64,000 bases of DNA from Gemmatimonadota bacterium (GCA_036679645.1 JAZDCY010000016.1:64001-128000), one strand, 5' to 3'; counted from the first letter of the stretch, positions 16,958-27,617 are shown. Notes: a model not told the origin generated them from the letters alone. Made by a program: numbers and translations.

Positions 16958-18363
16958 GTCCCGGTAGGACATCGGCCCACCAGCTGTGGGGTGGGCGGTT
17001 CGCCACCGGGCCCGCTGCCGCCCTCGAGGAGTTGAACCGCAGTCTTCCTGTCGACTACCGACTTTGGCCACAGGATGTCCGCGCCTGCACGGCGTGGGTG
17101 CGGGGGCTGGCGCGGGCGTCGGTACTGGACGGGAACGAGGAATCGCAGCTGGTGGACGGCCTCGCGCGCGTGGCGGAGCGGTTGGCGGACGGCGCGGGTG
17201 TGAGCGCGCCGGACGAAGACGTGCACACCCTCGTCGAGCGATTGCTGTATGAGGAAGTGGGCGCGCTCGCCGGGAAACTGGCCACGGGCAGATCGCGGAA
17301 CGACCAAGTCGTCACGGATCTGAGGTTGTGGACGCTGGACGCCCTGCGGGCGATCGACGGGGAGGTGCGTGCTTTGGGCAGGGCACTCGTCGAGCGCGCG
17401 CGTCAGGGGGTCGAGTTGATCCTCCCCGGCTACACCCATGGACAACGTGCCCAGCCTGTGCGGTGGGCATACGTGCTCTTGGCACATGCGTGGCCCCTGC
17501 AGCGCGATGTGCTGCGACTCGAGAGCGTTGCTGGGGCGATGCACGTCCTGCCGCTCGGCGCGGGGGCGGTTGCGGGTTCCGGTATTCCGATCGATCGGGA
17601 GTTTCTGCGAGCGGAACTCGGCTTCGAGCGGGTGTCCGATAACGCGCTCGACGTGACCGGCGAACGGGACTTCGTGTTGGACACTCTGTTCCTGGCGTCC
17701 ATGATCGGACTGCACGTGTCGCGGCTTGCCGGCGAGCTCATGACCTACGCTTCTTCAGAATACGGGTTCGTGCGACTCGCCGACGCGTATTGCACCGGTT
17801 CGAGCCTGATGCCGCAGAAGCGCAATCCCGACGTGTTCGAGCTCGCGCGCGCCAAGGCCGCCCGAACTACGGCAGACCTGATCGGGCTGCTCTCTACTGT
17901 GCGATCCCTGCCCGCGGGATACTCCAAAGACCTCCAGGAGGACAAGGGCTACCTGTTCGATGCGGTGGACACGCTTCTCCTTACGCTTCCCGCGGTGCGT
18001 GGCGCCATACTGACGTTGCAACCGGTCCCAGCGCGCATGGCGGCGTCGCTGGAATCGAGCCTGCTCGCCACCGATCTCGCCGAGTTGTTGGTCGGTGACG
18101 GTGTACCGTTCCGCGAGGCGCACGCCGTGGTGGGTCAGGTGGTGCAACGCGCCGAGGCGAGCGCCTGTGCCATCACCGCGGTGCCAACCGAGGCACTGGC
18201 CGCGGTGCATGCGTCTTTGCCGCGTCTCGTCGACCGGTTGGGGTCATGGGAGGAGTCGGTCGAGCGACGCGCCACGCCGGGAGGATCGTCCCGGGAGGCC
18301 GTGCTGGCGCAGATAGAACAACTCGATGAGTGTTTCGCCAGCGCCGAACGGTCACCCGTCTGA
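16954..18363 (+). CDS. argH: Argininosuccinate lyase
   Basis: LWGGRF, GRSRNDQV, PGYTH, GSSLMPQKRNPD, YSKDLQEDK, GVPFREAH; ATGA overlap with argG. Confidence 0.97.
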   Translation: MSPGRTSAHQLWGGRFATGPAAALEELNRSLPVDYRLWPQDVRACTAWVRGLARASVLDGNEESQLVDGLARVAERLADGAGVSAPDEDVHTLVERLLYEEVGALAGKLATGRSRNDQVVTDLRLWTLDALRAIDGEVRALGRALVERARQGVELILPGYTHGQRAQPVRWAYVLLAHAWPLQRDVLRLESVAGAMHVLPLGAGAVAGSGIPIDREFLRAELGFERVSDNALDVTGERDFVLDTLFLASMIGLHVSRLAGELMTYASSEYGFVRLADAYCTGSSLMPQKRNPDVFELARAKAARTTADLIGLLSTVRSLPAGYSKDLQEDKGYLFDAVDTLLLTLPAVRGAILTLQPVPARMAASLESSLLATDLAELLVGDGVPFREAHAVVGQVVQRAEASACAITAVPTEALAAVHASLPRLVDRLGSWEESVERRATPGGSSREAVLAQIEQLDECFASAERSPV

Positions 18364-18415
18364 GCGGTATCAGTTCCTCCACACAACCGTAATCAACTCG
18401 TTGTCCCGAAGGCGC

Positions 18416-18444
18416 TTGCAGGCGTCATCCTCGGGGGCTAGAAT
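18416..18444 (+). promoter_or_regulatory. Putative sigma70 promoter of the HNH gene
   Basis: TTGCAG-17 nt-TAGAAT. Confidence 0.55.
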
Positions 18445-18508
18445 TCGCGGAGTCGTTTCTGCCTCGCTCGTGGAGCGGGCGGGGTTTCGTATACCCGGTA
18501 ACCTCTGT

Positions 18509-19066
18509 ATGTACGTACGCTGTCTCGCCCTTAATGCCTCGTTTGAGCCGCTCACCATGGTCCCGGTGCGGCGCGCGCTTCGTCTGGTCATAGACGGCAA
18601 GGCTGAGATCGTCGAGGCCGATGGGCAGCGCGTGGTGCGCAGCGCGAGTCTCGAGGTCCCGCGACCGGCGGTCATCCGGCTGGTACGGTTCGTTCATGTA
18701 CCACGCAGGTTCCGGCGGCAGGTTACCAATACCTTCCTGTTTGCGCGAGACGACTACAGGTGTCAGTTCTGCGGGCGGACGAACGGACAGCTGCGCCACC
18801 GCGAATGTCTCACTCGGGATCATCTCGTCCCGTTGTCACGCGGCGGGACCAATGACTGGGCGAACGTCGTTACCGCGTGCTCAACCTGCAATACGCGCAA
18901 GGGCAACCGGATACCCTCCGAGTGTGGACTCAAACCCCTGCGCGAGCCATACGAACCACACTTCGTTCATCTGGCCTGGGCGGTCCGTCGTCTCACGCCG
19001 GTGCAGTCCAAGTACATCCGTCTCTTCTATGGCGAGGAGACGCTGGCTGAACTGCGGGCGCTCTGA
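18509..19066 (+). CDS. HNH endonuclease (McrA/HNH_5-like, stand-alone)
   Basis: LALNASFEPL N-terminus, RDDYRCQFCG, LTRDHLVPLSRGG, WANVVTACSTCNTRKG. Confidence 0.92.
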   Translation: MYVRCLALNASFEPLTMVPVRRALRLVIDGKAEIVEADGQRVVRSASLEVPRPAVIRLVRFVHVPRRFRRQVTNTFLFARDDYRCQFCGRTNGQLRHRECLTRDHLVPLSRGGTNDWANVVTACSTCNTRKGNRIPSECGLKPLREPYEPHFVHLAWAVRRLTPVQSKYIRLFYGEETLAELRAL

Positions 19067-19078
19067 GAGATAGACGCA

Positions 19079-19113
19079 CAGGTGCTCAGGTGCTCAGGTG
19101 CTCAGGTGCTCAG
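19079..19113 (+). repeat. Tandem octamer repeat (CAGGTGCT) x4.4
   Basis: Perfect repeats read directly, 12 nt after the HNH stop. Confidence 0.95.
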
Positions 19114-19212
19114 AGCGGCCTCAGGGCGTGCTGATGCCCGTAGGGCCTCGCTGTTGAGGGTCGCCCCGGAGTCGTGTATGTTCAATGGTTCCCCGCGTTT
19201 CGGGGGAGGACT

Positions 19213-20784
19213 TTGACGGCGAACCACCTCGCAGGACTCTTTTCCCAGCAGGTAAGCCGGTTTGGCGGGAGGCAATGCCTCGTCGCCGCCGGTCACCGGT
19301 ATACCTATACCCAGGTGGATGATATGGCCGCGGCCTTCGCTGCGGCGCTTGCAGACCTGGGGATCTCGGCCGGGGATCGCATCGCCGTCGATTTGCCGAA
19401 TTCCGTCGAGTGGATCGTGAGCGTCCTCGCGGCAGCTCGCCTGGGCGTTGCCGTCGTGCCACTCAGCCCCTTCCTAGGGTACCACGAGCTCAAGTACCAG
19501 CTGCGACATGCGGAGACGAGTCTCACGATCGCCTCGCAGGCATCTGGCGAGCTCGAGGACCTGGAGACGCTGGAAGAGCTGATCACAGATCTGCCCGACC
19601 TGCGGTACCTGGTCACGGTCGGACCAGATGAAATGTGGTACGACGATCGGATGTTCCAGTTCGCCGACCTGGTTGGCCGGGGACGACGCCTCACCGTACC
19701 GTCCGTCACGATCGATCCGCAGGGCACGCCGCTCGCCATCATCTACACGTCCGGCACCACGGGCAAGCCAAAGGGTGTCGTCTTGACCCACAGCAGCTTG
19801 ATCACGACAGCGCAGGCGGCGATCGACGTGTTGCAGCTCACACCGGACGACCGCGTGCTCGGGGCCGTGCCGGTCTCGACGGTGTTCGGCGTCCACGTGG
19901 TGCTCACCACGCTGCTGAGCGGTGCGACGCTCGTGCTCCAGGAGCGTTTCGAACCGGCGGCCGCGCTCGAGTTGATGGAACGCGAGCGGGTCACCGTCTG
20001 TCATGGTGTGCCCACGATGTACCAGCTCCTCATGCGGGAGGAGTCGTTTGCGAGAAGAGACCTGTCCACCGTACGGACCGGCATTGTGGCCGGAAGCCCG
20101 GTATCCGAAGACCTCGTGCAGCGGATCCGGCGGTGGAACGACGTGCAGATCGCCTACGGCCTCACCGAGACTAGCCCGACCGTGACGATGACGCGCTTCG
20201 ACGATCCTGCCGATGCGCGCTCCACAACCGTCGGTCGTCCCATTGAGGGTGTGGAGGCAAGGGTCGTGGACGTGCAGACAGGCGCGTTGCACGGGCCCGA
20301 AGCCGTCGGCGAACTGGTCGTCCGCGGTCCTAACCTGATGGCCGGATACCACCGGATGCCGGAGGAGACCAAACGATCGCTTACGCCCGAGGGCTACTTT
20401 CTCACGGGCGATCTCGCGGTGCTGGATGAGCGCGGGTACGTGTCGATCGTCGGACGCCGGAATGAGATGATCATCCGTGGCGGCTACAACGTGTTCCCGC
20501 GCGAGCTGGAAGACGTGCTGCGAACCCACCCAGCCGTGCACGGTGTCTGCGCGGTCGGCATCCCCAACGAGATTCTGGGGGAGCTGATCTGTGCCTGCAT
20601 CGTGCCGGTCGAGGGTGCTATCGTCACCGGTGAAGAGCTCAAGAGCTTCGCCGGCGAACATGTCGCTGACTACAAGGTTCCGGACCTGGTCCGCTTCTTC
20701 GACGCGTTCCCCCTCACCGGGAGTGGGAAGGTGCATCGAGCGGAGCTGGCGCGGGTCGTCGGAATGGAATTGAGTACAACGTGA
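19213..20784 (+). CDS. Class I adenylate-forming enzyme (acyl-CoA synthetase family)
   Basis: [33 protein letters not shown] start after GGAGGA; upstream TTGAGG-17-TATGTT. Confidence 0.92.
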   Translation: MTANHLAGLFSQQVSRFGGRQCLVAAGHRYTYTQVDDMAAAFAAALADLGISAGDRIAVDLPNSVEWIVSVLAAARLGVAVVPLSPFLGYHELKYQLRHAETSLTIASQASGELEDLETLEELITDLPDLRYLVTVGPDEMWYDDRMFQFADLVGRGRRLTVPSVTIDPQGTPLAIIYTSGTTGKPKGVVLTHSSLITTAQAAIDVLQLTPDDRVLGAVPVSTVFGVHVVLTTLLSGATLVLQERFEPAAALELMERERVTVCHGVPTMYQLLMREESFARRDLSTVRTGIVAGSPVSEDLVQRIRRWNDVQIAYGLTETSPTVTMTRFDDPADARSTTVGRPIEGVEARVVDVQTGALHGPEAVGELVVRGPNLMAGYHRMPEETKRSLTPEGYFLTGDLAVLDERGYVSIVGRRNEMIIRGGYNVFPRELEDVLRTHPAVHGVCAVGIPNEILGELICACIVPVEGAIVTGEELKSFAGEHVADYKVPDLVRFFDAFPLTGSGKVHRAELARVVGMELSTT

Positions 20785-20834
20785 ACGAATCCCTACTAAC
20801 ACGAAGAGGAACGACTTCCTCCGTTGGCGGCCCT

Positions 20835-22493
20835 ATGGCGCTCGCGCCCAACGCCGCACTGCTCATCGACTTCGACAACGTGACAATGGGGATCAGGTCA
20901 GATCTCCAGGAACAGCTTCGCGGTATGCTCGATGCGGAGGTGTTCAAGGGCAAGATCTCCGTCCAGCGCGCGTACGCCGACTGGAGACGCTACCCGCAGT
21001 ACATCGTGCCGCTGTCCGAAGCATCGATCGATCTCATCTTCGCCCCGGCCTTCGGGTCGAACAAGAAGAACGCCACCGATATCCGTCTTGCAATCGACGC
21101 CCTCGAGCTGGTCTTCACCCGTCCCGAGATCGGGACGTACATCTTGCTCTCCGGTGACAGTGATTTCTCGAGTCTCGTCTTGAAGCTCAAGGAGTACGGT
21201 AAGTACGTGGTGGGGGTGGGAATCCGAGAATCGTCCAGCGACCTCCTCATTCAGAATTGCGACGAGTACTACAGCTACAGCGATCTCACCGGTCTCCTGC
21301 GTGAGGGTGAGGTGGAGCACCGGCGCCGCGATCCGTGGGAATTGGCCGTCGAGGCGGCGACCCGCATGAAACAGAACAAAGATGTCATGCGGTCGGACCG
21401 GTTGAAGCAGGTGATGCAGGAACTCGACCCGAACTTTGACGAGAAGGACGCTGGCTTCAGCAAGTACAGCAGGTTCCTGGTGGAGGCCAGCCGCCGAGGG
21501 CTCCTGACGCTCACGAAGAAGGAGAACGGGCAGTACGAGGTGGATGTCGGGGCAAACGCGAATGTGCCGGCAGAGGTCCAGAAGCAGGCGGAGGGTGCCG
21601 CGGCCGCGGCTGGCAAGCCACGCCGCCGGCGCGGTGGGCGGGAACGATCCACGAGCACACGTCGGAGTGGAATGAGCCTGGCCGAGGCGTTCGACCTACT
21701 ACGCAAGTCACTCGAGACAATGGGAGCCCTCGGCGACGAGGCCACCGACGCCGAACAGACGCGCGAACGCATGATCGAGCTGGCGGACAACGGCGACGAT
21801 CCCATTCTCGAGAGCGTGCGGTTCCAGCGGTTGCTGCGTCAGGCGCACGATGCGGGCGTCATCGATCTCGTGAAAACGGACGCCGTGTACTTTCTCAAGC
21901 TTCGGCCCGCCGACGAAACCGCCGTACCGGAGGAGCCCAAGAAGACAACACGCTCGCGACGGGGAACGCGTGGAGGACGCGGTCGGAAGAAAGCGGAGTC
22001 GAATGCGGAGGACGGGGAGACCGTGGAGGCGGCAGCACCGGCGTCTGCGGACGAATCGCCCGTCCCAGATTCCGAAACCAAGAAGCCTAGTACGCGGAAG
22101 AACCCACGGTATCGGCGCGGGTCACGCGGAGCACCAGCCAAGCCCAAGACCCCCGAGCCAGATCCGACGCCGGTGGCGGAGGTGAAGACTCCCGCCACGA
22201 AAACGACCGGAAGCGGCACCCGCTCGGTCCGCGGCAGAACGGGAAGGAGTCGCGGAACGGCAGGGCAGACAGGACGTACCGAGAAGGTCGAGAGTCCCAC
22301 TGCTCCCCCGACCCATCCGGTCACGCCGCCCGAGCAATCTGCCGCGCCGCCACCGGCCGCATCGGAACCCGTACCCGCCGCACCGCAGACGGGCGGTGAC
22401 GAGGGCAAGAGTCTGTTCCAGCGCATGAGCGCCGCGCTGCAGCGCGTGATGCCCGGTCCGCAGGACGGCGAGGGCGGTGGCAACGCCGAGTAG
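20835..22493 (+). CDS. NYN (LabA/DUF88) domain protein with OST-HTH/LOTUS-like domain and long disordered tail
   Basis: LIDFDN, AYADW, KNATDIRLAID, LSGDSDF; PNFDEKDAGFSKYSRF OST-HTH-like motif; Pro/Arg/Thr-rich tail. Confidence 0.88.
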   Translation: MALAPNAALLIDFDNVTMGIRSDLQEQLRGMLDAEVFKGKISVQRAYADWRRYPQYIVPLSEASIDLIFAPAFGSNKKNATDIRLAIDALELVFTRPEIGTYILLSGDSDFSSLVLKLKEYGKYVVGVGIRESSSDLLIQNCDEYYSYSDLTGLLREGEVEHRRRDPWELAVEAATRMKQNKDVMRSDRLKQVMQELDPNFDEKDAGFSKYSRFLVEASRRGLLTLTKKENGQYEVDVGANANVPAEVQKQAEGAAAAAGKPRRRRGGRERSTSTRRSGMSLAEAFDLLRKSLETMGALGDEATDAEQTRERMIELADNGDDPILESVRFQRLLRQAHDAGVIDLVKTDAVYFLKLRPADETAVPEEPKKTTRSRRGTRGGRGRKKAESNAEDGETVEAAAPASADESPVPDSETKKPSTRKNPRYRRGSRGAPAKPKTPEPDPTPVAEVKTPATKTTGSGTRSVRGRTGRSRGTAGQTGRTEKVESPTAPPTHPVTPPEQSAAPPPAASEPVPAAPQTGGDEGKSLFQRMSAALQRVMPGPQDGEGGGNAE

Positions 22494-23100
22494 CCCACAC
22501 GGCATCCTGCCGCCCTCTTTCTACGCGCGCGATACCGTTGGTGTCGCGCGCGGTCTCTTGGGGTGCGTGCTCGAGACGACGCGGCGCGGAGCCCTGACGG
22601 CGGGTCTGATCGTTGAGGTCGAGGCCTACGTGGGTCCCCACGATCCGGCGGCGCACGGCTACGGGAACCGCCGGTCCCGGCGCAATGCGATGCTCTTCGG
22701 GCCGCCTGGGACGGCGTACGTCTATTTCATCTACGGTATGCACTGGTGCTTCAACGCAGTTACCGAACGGGATGGGTTCCCAGCGGCCGTGCTGATCCGC
22801 GCGCTGGAACCGCTCCACGGCCTGCCTCTCATGCGCCGTCGCCGCAGCGTGGGGGTGCAGGACGACCGTCGGCTCTGCTCCGGACCCGCCCGACTGTGTG
22901 ACGCACTCGGAATCACGGGCGCACTCAACGGGTCGTCGCTATTGGGCCCCCGCGTCCGCATCCGACGTGAACAGCGCGCACGGGGAGTGCGCGTCGTCAC
23001 GGGGACGCGGATCGGGATCTCGCGCGCCGCAGACTGGCCGTTGCGATTCGTGCTTGCCGGGTCAACATGGGCGTCGCGCCCGGTGCCAGCCGATCGCTGA
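22477..23100 (+). CDS. mpg: DNA-3-methyladenine glycosylase (MPG/AAG family)
   Basis: IVEVEAY, YVYFIYGMHWCFN, AVLIRALEP, GPARLC, RIGIS. Confidence 0.95.
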   Translation: MATPSSPHGILPPSFYARDTVGVARGLLGCVLETTRRGALTAGLIVEVEAYVGPHDPAAHGYGNRRSRRNAMLFGPPGTAYVYFIYGMHWCFNAVTERDGFPAAVLIRALEPLHGLPLMRRRRSVGVQDDRRLCSGPARLCDALGITGALNGSSLLGPRVRIRREQRARGVRVVTGTRIGISRAADWPLRFVLAGSTWASRPVPADR

Positions 23101-23136
23101 CACCGGGCGCGGAGAAGAATGCGAAGAAACCGGACG

Positions 23137-23796
23137 TCAGCGCCGCGTCGTTACGTCTTCGTGCGCACTGGAGATAAACACCCGGAGGCCTCCAGTGATC
23201 GCGTGCTGGTCGCTGGTGATAAGGAAATCGTCGCTCCCCGGCATGTACTGGTACTGCCCGAAGAGTGCCCACCTGCGCCCGAGACGAATCTGGGCTCCGC
23301 CAATGAAAAAGACAAAGGCCTTCGTGGATGCCTCGTCGACCCGGGTCTGCGCTGCCGCTTGCTCGGTAGGCGTCGCGAACGCGCCCGTCGCCACGGCATC
23401 GGTGATGTGATGGATGGCAAACCCGCCACCGGCGTAGATCTGTGGTGACTTGTTGGATGGGATCGCGAGCAACCCGGCCTGAATCCGGCGGCCGCTTTCG
23501 AACGAGACCGTGCGCAGCCCGCCGGTAACGCTCGGGTCGGCAATCTGCGAAGAGGTGGTGCCGAAGAAGATCTGATCGATCCCGATAAAGAGCGCCGAAC
23601 GCTGAGCCGTAATCAGCCAGTGCCCGCCCATGCTGAAAGCGCTCGTGCTAGGTGTGGTGGGGGTCGAGTACAGGAAGGTGCCTGTCTGAGCGCCCCAATA
23701 CCACTTGCGTTGCCACGAGTTCTCCTGTCCCAATGCCGGGCCAGCCGTGACCATGACCAGGAGACCACCGAGTAACATCCCACCGCGTCTGCGCAT
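23137..23796 (-). CDS. Putative small outer-membrane beta-barrel protein
   Basis: Signal peptide; alternating aromatic/Gly strands (YWGAQTG, IYAGGGF, ALFGQYQY, ITGGLRVF); GGAGAGG SD. Confidence 0.65.
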   Translation of the reverse strand: MRRRGGMLLGGLLVMVTAGPALGQENSWQRKWYWGAQTGTFLYSTPTTPSTSAFSMGGHWLITAQRSALFIGIDQIFFGTTSSQIADPSVTGGLRTVSFESGRRIQAGLLAIPSNKSPQIYAGGGFAIHHITDAVATGAFATPTEQAAAQTRVDEASTKAFVFFIGGAQIRLGRRWALFGQYQYMPGSDDFLITSDQHAITGGLRVFISSAHEDVTTRR

Positions 23797-23834
23797 CTTC
23801 CTCTCCTCCGCCGGTTCTCCCGGGCCGAAAGGGC

Positions 23835-26405
23835 TCAGTCGGCCCTGGGTGCGGTCCCTAGCAGGACCGCGTTGAAGAGCAGCTTGAACGTCCCGAATGT
23901 CTGGCCCCGGTGCTGCGGCCGGAACCCGAACAACACCGCCCTGCCACGCCCCACCGGCACTTCGACGAGCGCCGCCATCTCCGCAATGCGTTGCGGTGCT
24001 TGGACATAGCCCGATATGAGGGGATCCCCCACATACCGGGCGACCACCCGACCCGGCTCCTCTACTTCGAAGGCCATGCCGGAGGCAAAAAACGCCGCCA
24101 CCGTGTCGGCCACTCCTGAGGTTATCGGCATCTCAGGGGTCGTTGCCAACCCGAAAATAGAACCTGGCGCCCGAAAACGCGAGCCCGGATTTTCGGATAC
24201 CTGATCGGCTAGTACGTTGCGAACAGGCAGGTTAAGGGCCGAGATCGCGAAATCACTTGAAGCGTTGAGCGTCACCAAGGTACCGCCATCCCGGACGAAA
24301 TCTGTGACGCTCAGCACGCCCGAGAGCCCCATTCCCCCGGTGTACCGTTCTGGTGCTGAGCCAGGCGAGGGCCCGTCGCGGATCGAGCGCTCGGAGATGT
24401 CCGGCAGAATCAGGACGTCTATCTGGTGTGAGAGATCCCCCGCCCGGACCATTGAGTCGGTGACCGATACGTATGGAATACTGAACTGTTCCAGGACCCA
24501 ACGTGTCCAGCCTTCATCCGCTGAGGCAGTCCAGGGCTTGTAGATGCCGATCCGCGGCAGTCGCTCGATCGGCCGGCTGCCCGGGATTTCTTGGTTCGTA
24601 CGTACGGCGGTGAATCCGTAGGTGTCGGCGAGCCTGGCGATCATGTTCTCCGTGGCTGCATTGTGCTCGACCACGACCGCCCCCGCGGCGAATGCCTGCC
24701 CGTCGAGCGTCGCCGGCTGATTGGTGAGCCAGACCCGTGCGCCCCCCGCCAGCGCTTCGGCGACCGCCCGGCTTTCCCCCACTCCACGGTTGTGGAGCAC
24801 GGTGAACCGGCCGGCGCCACGTACCGTGCCTCGTTCGACAGCGACCGCATCGAGTCGCTCACCCCGGAAGTCGAAAGGCTCGACAATCGCCACCGTCTCG
24901 ACACCCATCTGCGGCCCGAGCGACCAACCAGCAACATCGTACGGTCTGCGGTCATGGGGGTAGTCCTGTCGCTCCAGCAGGTCCTTGACATGGGCACGGA
25001 ATGGCTGGGCCATGGGAATGACCAGAGACCCGGCACCGTACTCCTGACCGTCGGCGGCGAAACCGCGAGATGCTCGATGGACCTCGACCCCAGCCGCGAT
25101 GATCGCATTGGCGAGGGTCGCTGCCGCGTACGGGTCGCGCTGCCCGCTCGGGATCACGTATGTTGCCGGATTGCCGGCGGCGCCGGCCGCAATGGCGCGG
25201 CGGCCGAGTGTCGCAAACCGCCGCACGAAGGATGCGCGCTGGGTCGCCGCGAGGCGGAGCAACCCGTCCGCAGCAAGCAGTTCGTACTCGACGATGTCTC
25301 CCATGCGCCACACGCCTCCCGACCAGGGCGCGGGGTACGTCACGCTCCGTTTCGGTTGACGCAGGGAGTCTGGGTCCTGCTCGATGGGGGAGGCCAACCG
25401 GGCGCTTGCCGCCTCGGACAGGATTCCGATCATGTTGTGACGCGCGGGCACAGTACGGAATCCGCCGTGCCACCACAGGCTGTATCGCTCCTGCTGCACG
25501 ACGCCGGTACGGCCGGCGTCGAGCACGGCGGTGGCCATAGCGGCGCCCACGAGATTGATGCCGGATACCAGAATCGGATCGAGATTGGGGTTCACCGGGC
25601 CGGAAAAGGGCGGGACGAAGAGTCGGGCTCCCCTGTTGCCCATCTGGTGGATGTCCCACACGATTTCCGGAAACCACTCGCGATAGAGCACCCTGGTTAT
25701 CGCCTGCGTCTCTACCTGAGTCAGCATGAACCAGTCGCGGTTGTTGTCGTGGCCCACGTACGGGTGGTACAGCCACGGGAGAGGCCCGCCCTCGTAGGGA
25801 GTGCCCCGGTACTCCCGATACCAGGAGACGACGGTGTCGAGTCCATCGGGATTGGCCGACGGGATCATGAGGATGACCATGCTATCGAGCAACGTCCGGT
25901 ATCGGGGGTCTGCGGCGAGGCGGTATGCAAGCGTGAGTTGCATCTGGCTCGACGCAATCTCGGTCGAGTGAATGTTGTTGTTGATCAGCACGACCACGGG
26001 TTGCGTGCCAACAAGCGAGTCTTCGACGCTCTCGCTCATGCGGCGCGGGTCGGCGAGCAGTGCTTGACCATGCCGTAGCTCGGCCAACCGGCGCTGATTT
26101 GCCGGGCTCGCGAACGTGAGGAGGAGAAGCGGCCGCGCGAGCGTTGTGCGTCCGATCGTATCGAGTCGCACGCGGGGTGAAGCTGCACTCAGCTGTGTGA
26201 GGTATTCCCCGATCTGCGTCCAGTCGGCGAGCATGGAGTCTGCGCCTGGCTCGAAGCCTAGAACGCTCTCGGGGGTGGGGGTGGGGGTGGGCGTGGGGGT
26301 CGGGAGCGGCGTTTGCGCGTGCAGGTGCGGTAGTGGAAGACCTGTTAGGAGTGCGACGCAGAGATACCGCCACGCCATGGCGGTTAGCGATCGTATCATG
26401 TCCAT
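23835..26405 (-). CDS. Secreted M14-family zinc carboxypeptidase with C-terminal GATase-like domain
   Basis: IHSTE zinc motif, NPDG, HDNNRD, DIHQM; DEGWTRW and GGTLV in the C-terminal domain; PT-repeat linker after the signal peptide. Confidence 0.88.
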   Translation of the reverse strand: MDMIRSLTAMAWRYLCVALLTGLPLPHLHAQTPLPTPTPTPTPTPESVLGFEPGADSMLADWTQIGEYLTQLSAASPRVRLDTIGRTTLARPLLLLTFASPANQRRLAELRHGQALLADPRRMSESVEDSLVGTQPVVVLINNNIHSTEIASSQMQLTLAYRLAADPRYRTLLDSMVILMIPSANPDGLDTVVSWYREYRGTPYEGGPLPWLYHPYVGHDNNRDWFMLTQVETQAITRVLYREWFPEIVWDIHQMGNRGARLFVPPFSGPVNPNLDPILVSGINLVGAAMATAVLDAGRTGVVQQERYSLWWHGGFRTVPARHNMIGILSEAASARLASPIEQDPDSLRQPKRSVTYPAPWSGGVWRMGDIVEYELLAADGLLRLAATQRASFVRRFATLGRRAIAAGAAGNPATYVIPSGQRDPYAAATLANAIIAAGVEVHRASRGFAADGQEYGAGSLVIPMAQPFRAHVKDLLERQDYPHDRRPYDVAGWSLGPQMGVETVAIVEPFDFRGERLDAVAVERGTVRGAGRFTVLHNRGVGESRAVAEALAGGARVWLTNQPATLDGQAFAAGAVVVEHNAATENMIARLADTYGFTAVRTNQEIPGSRPIERLPRIGIYKPWTASADEGWTRWVLEQFSIPYVSVTDSMVRAGDLSHQIDVLILPDISERSIRDGPSPGSAPERYTGGMGLSGVLSVTDFVRDGGTLVTLNASSDFAISALNLPVRNVLADQVSENPGSRFRAPGSIFGLATTPEMPITSGVADTVAAFFASGMAFEVEEPGRVVARYVGDPLISGYVQAPQRIAEMAALVEVPVGRGRAVLFGFRPQHRGQTFGTFKLLFNAVLLGTAPRAD

Positions 26406-26414
26406 CCCGGATTC

Positions 26415-27614
26415 CTATATGAGAGAGAGCTTCTTCCCGACCTTCGCGAATGCCTCGAGGGCGGTGTCGAGGTCGTCCTTCGTGTGTCCCGCCGAAACCT
26501 GGCAGCGGACCCGGGCTTCCCCTCTCGGGACCACCGGGAAACCAAACCCGGTGACGAACACGCCCTCGTCCAGTAACATCTCACTCATGCGAATCGCCGC
26601 GGACGTTTCGCCGAGGATGACCGGTATGATGGGAGTCTGTCCCGGGAGCGGCTGGAATCCCAGCACGGTGAGCTGCTCGCGAAGATACCGGGCGTTGTCA
26701 CGCAGTGTCCGCACCAACTCGGGGTGCGCACGAAGACGACGCACGGCTGCGAGCGCGCTCGAGGCGACCGTACACGGGAGCGCGTTGGAAAAGAGCTGGG
26801 GTCGCGATCGCTGCATCAGGTAGTCGCAAAGAGCCTCGGATGAGGCCGTGAACCCACCCGCCGCGCCGCCAAGCGCTTTACCGAGCGTGGAAGTGATGAC
26901 GTCGATCTCGCCGAGGACCCCCTCCATCTCCGCCACACCCCGCCCCGTGTCGCCCAGGACACCGGTGCCGTGAGAGTCGTCGACAACCACCATCGCGTCG
27001 TGCTTATGGGCCAGTTCGACGATATCGGCCAGCTTCGCGGTATCACCCTCCATGGAGAAGATGCCGTCGGTCACGACCACGCGTATGCGGGCGGCCCTGT
27101 GCTCGGTGAGTTTCGCGGCGAGGTCGGTCATGTCGGAGTGCGCGTAGACGGCAGACGCGCATTTCGTAATCGAGCGAGCCAGCCGCATGCCGTCGATGAT
27201 GGACGCGTGATTGAGCCGATCGGAAATGACGACGTCGTCGGGGCCGAGCAGGGTCGCGAATAGCCCCTCGTTGGCGTTCCAGCACGAGGCATATGTGACG
27301 GCCGACTCCGTTCCGACGAGGTCGCCGAGCGCCTGCTCCAACTCCCGGTGAACCGTGAAGGTGCCGCAGATGAAACGCACGCTCGCCGTGCCGCCGCCGT
27401 ACCGATCGAGGCCGTCCTTTCCGGCCTGGACGACCTCGGGGTCGTTCGCGAGGGCCAGGTAGTTGTTGCTCGAGAGAATGATGATCTCACCGCGACCTTC
27501 CATCGTGACCCGCGGTCCCTGCGGGGAGTCGAGGAAGTTGAATCGTTTGTAGACGCCGTCGGCGCGGAACTGGTCGAGTTCGGCGCGGAGCCGATCCTGG
27601 ACGGCCGCGTTCAT
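26415..27614 (-). CDS. kbl: Glycine C-acetyltransferase (2-amino-3-ketobutyrate CoA ligase)
   Basis: SSNNYLAL, SVRFICGT, LNHASIIDG, DDSHG, TLGKALGG; adjacent to tdh. Confidence 0.95.
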   Translation of the reverse strand: MNAAVQDRLRAELDQFRADGVYKRFNFLDSPQGPRVTMEGRGEIIILSSNNYLALANDPEVVQAGKDGLDRYGGGTASVRFICGTFTVHRELEQALGDLVGTESAVTYASCWNANEGLFATLLGPDDVVISDRLNHASIIDGMRLARSITKCASAVYAHSDMTDLAAKLTEHRAARIRVVVTDGIFSMEGDTAKLADIVELAHKHDAMVVVDDSHGTGVLGDTGRGVAEMEGVLGEIDVITSTLGKALGGAAGGFTASSEALCDYLMQRSRPQLFSNALPCTVASSALAAVRRLRAHPELVRTLRDNARYLREQLTVLGFQPLPGQTPIIPVILGETSAAIRMSEMLLDEGVFVTGFGFPVVPRGEARVRCQVSAGHTKDDLDTALEAFAKVGKKLSLI

Positions 27615-27617
27615 CAC

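Noticed and set aside
26271..26303. G-run tract resembling a G-quadruplex
   Set aside because: Explained by the Pro-Thr linker codons of the M14 peptidase on the minus strand.
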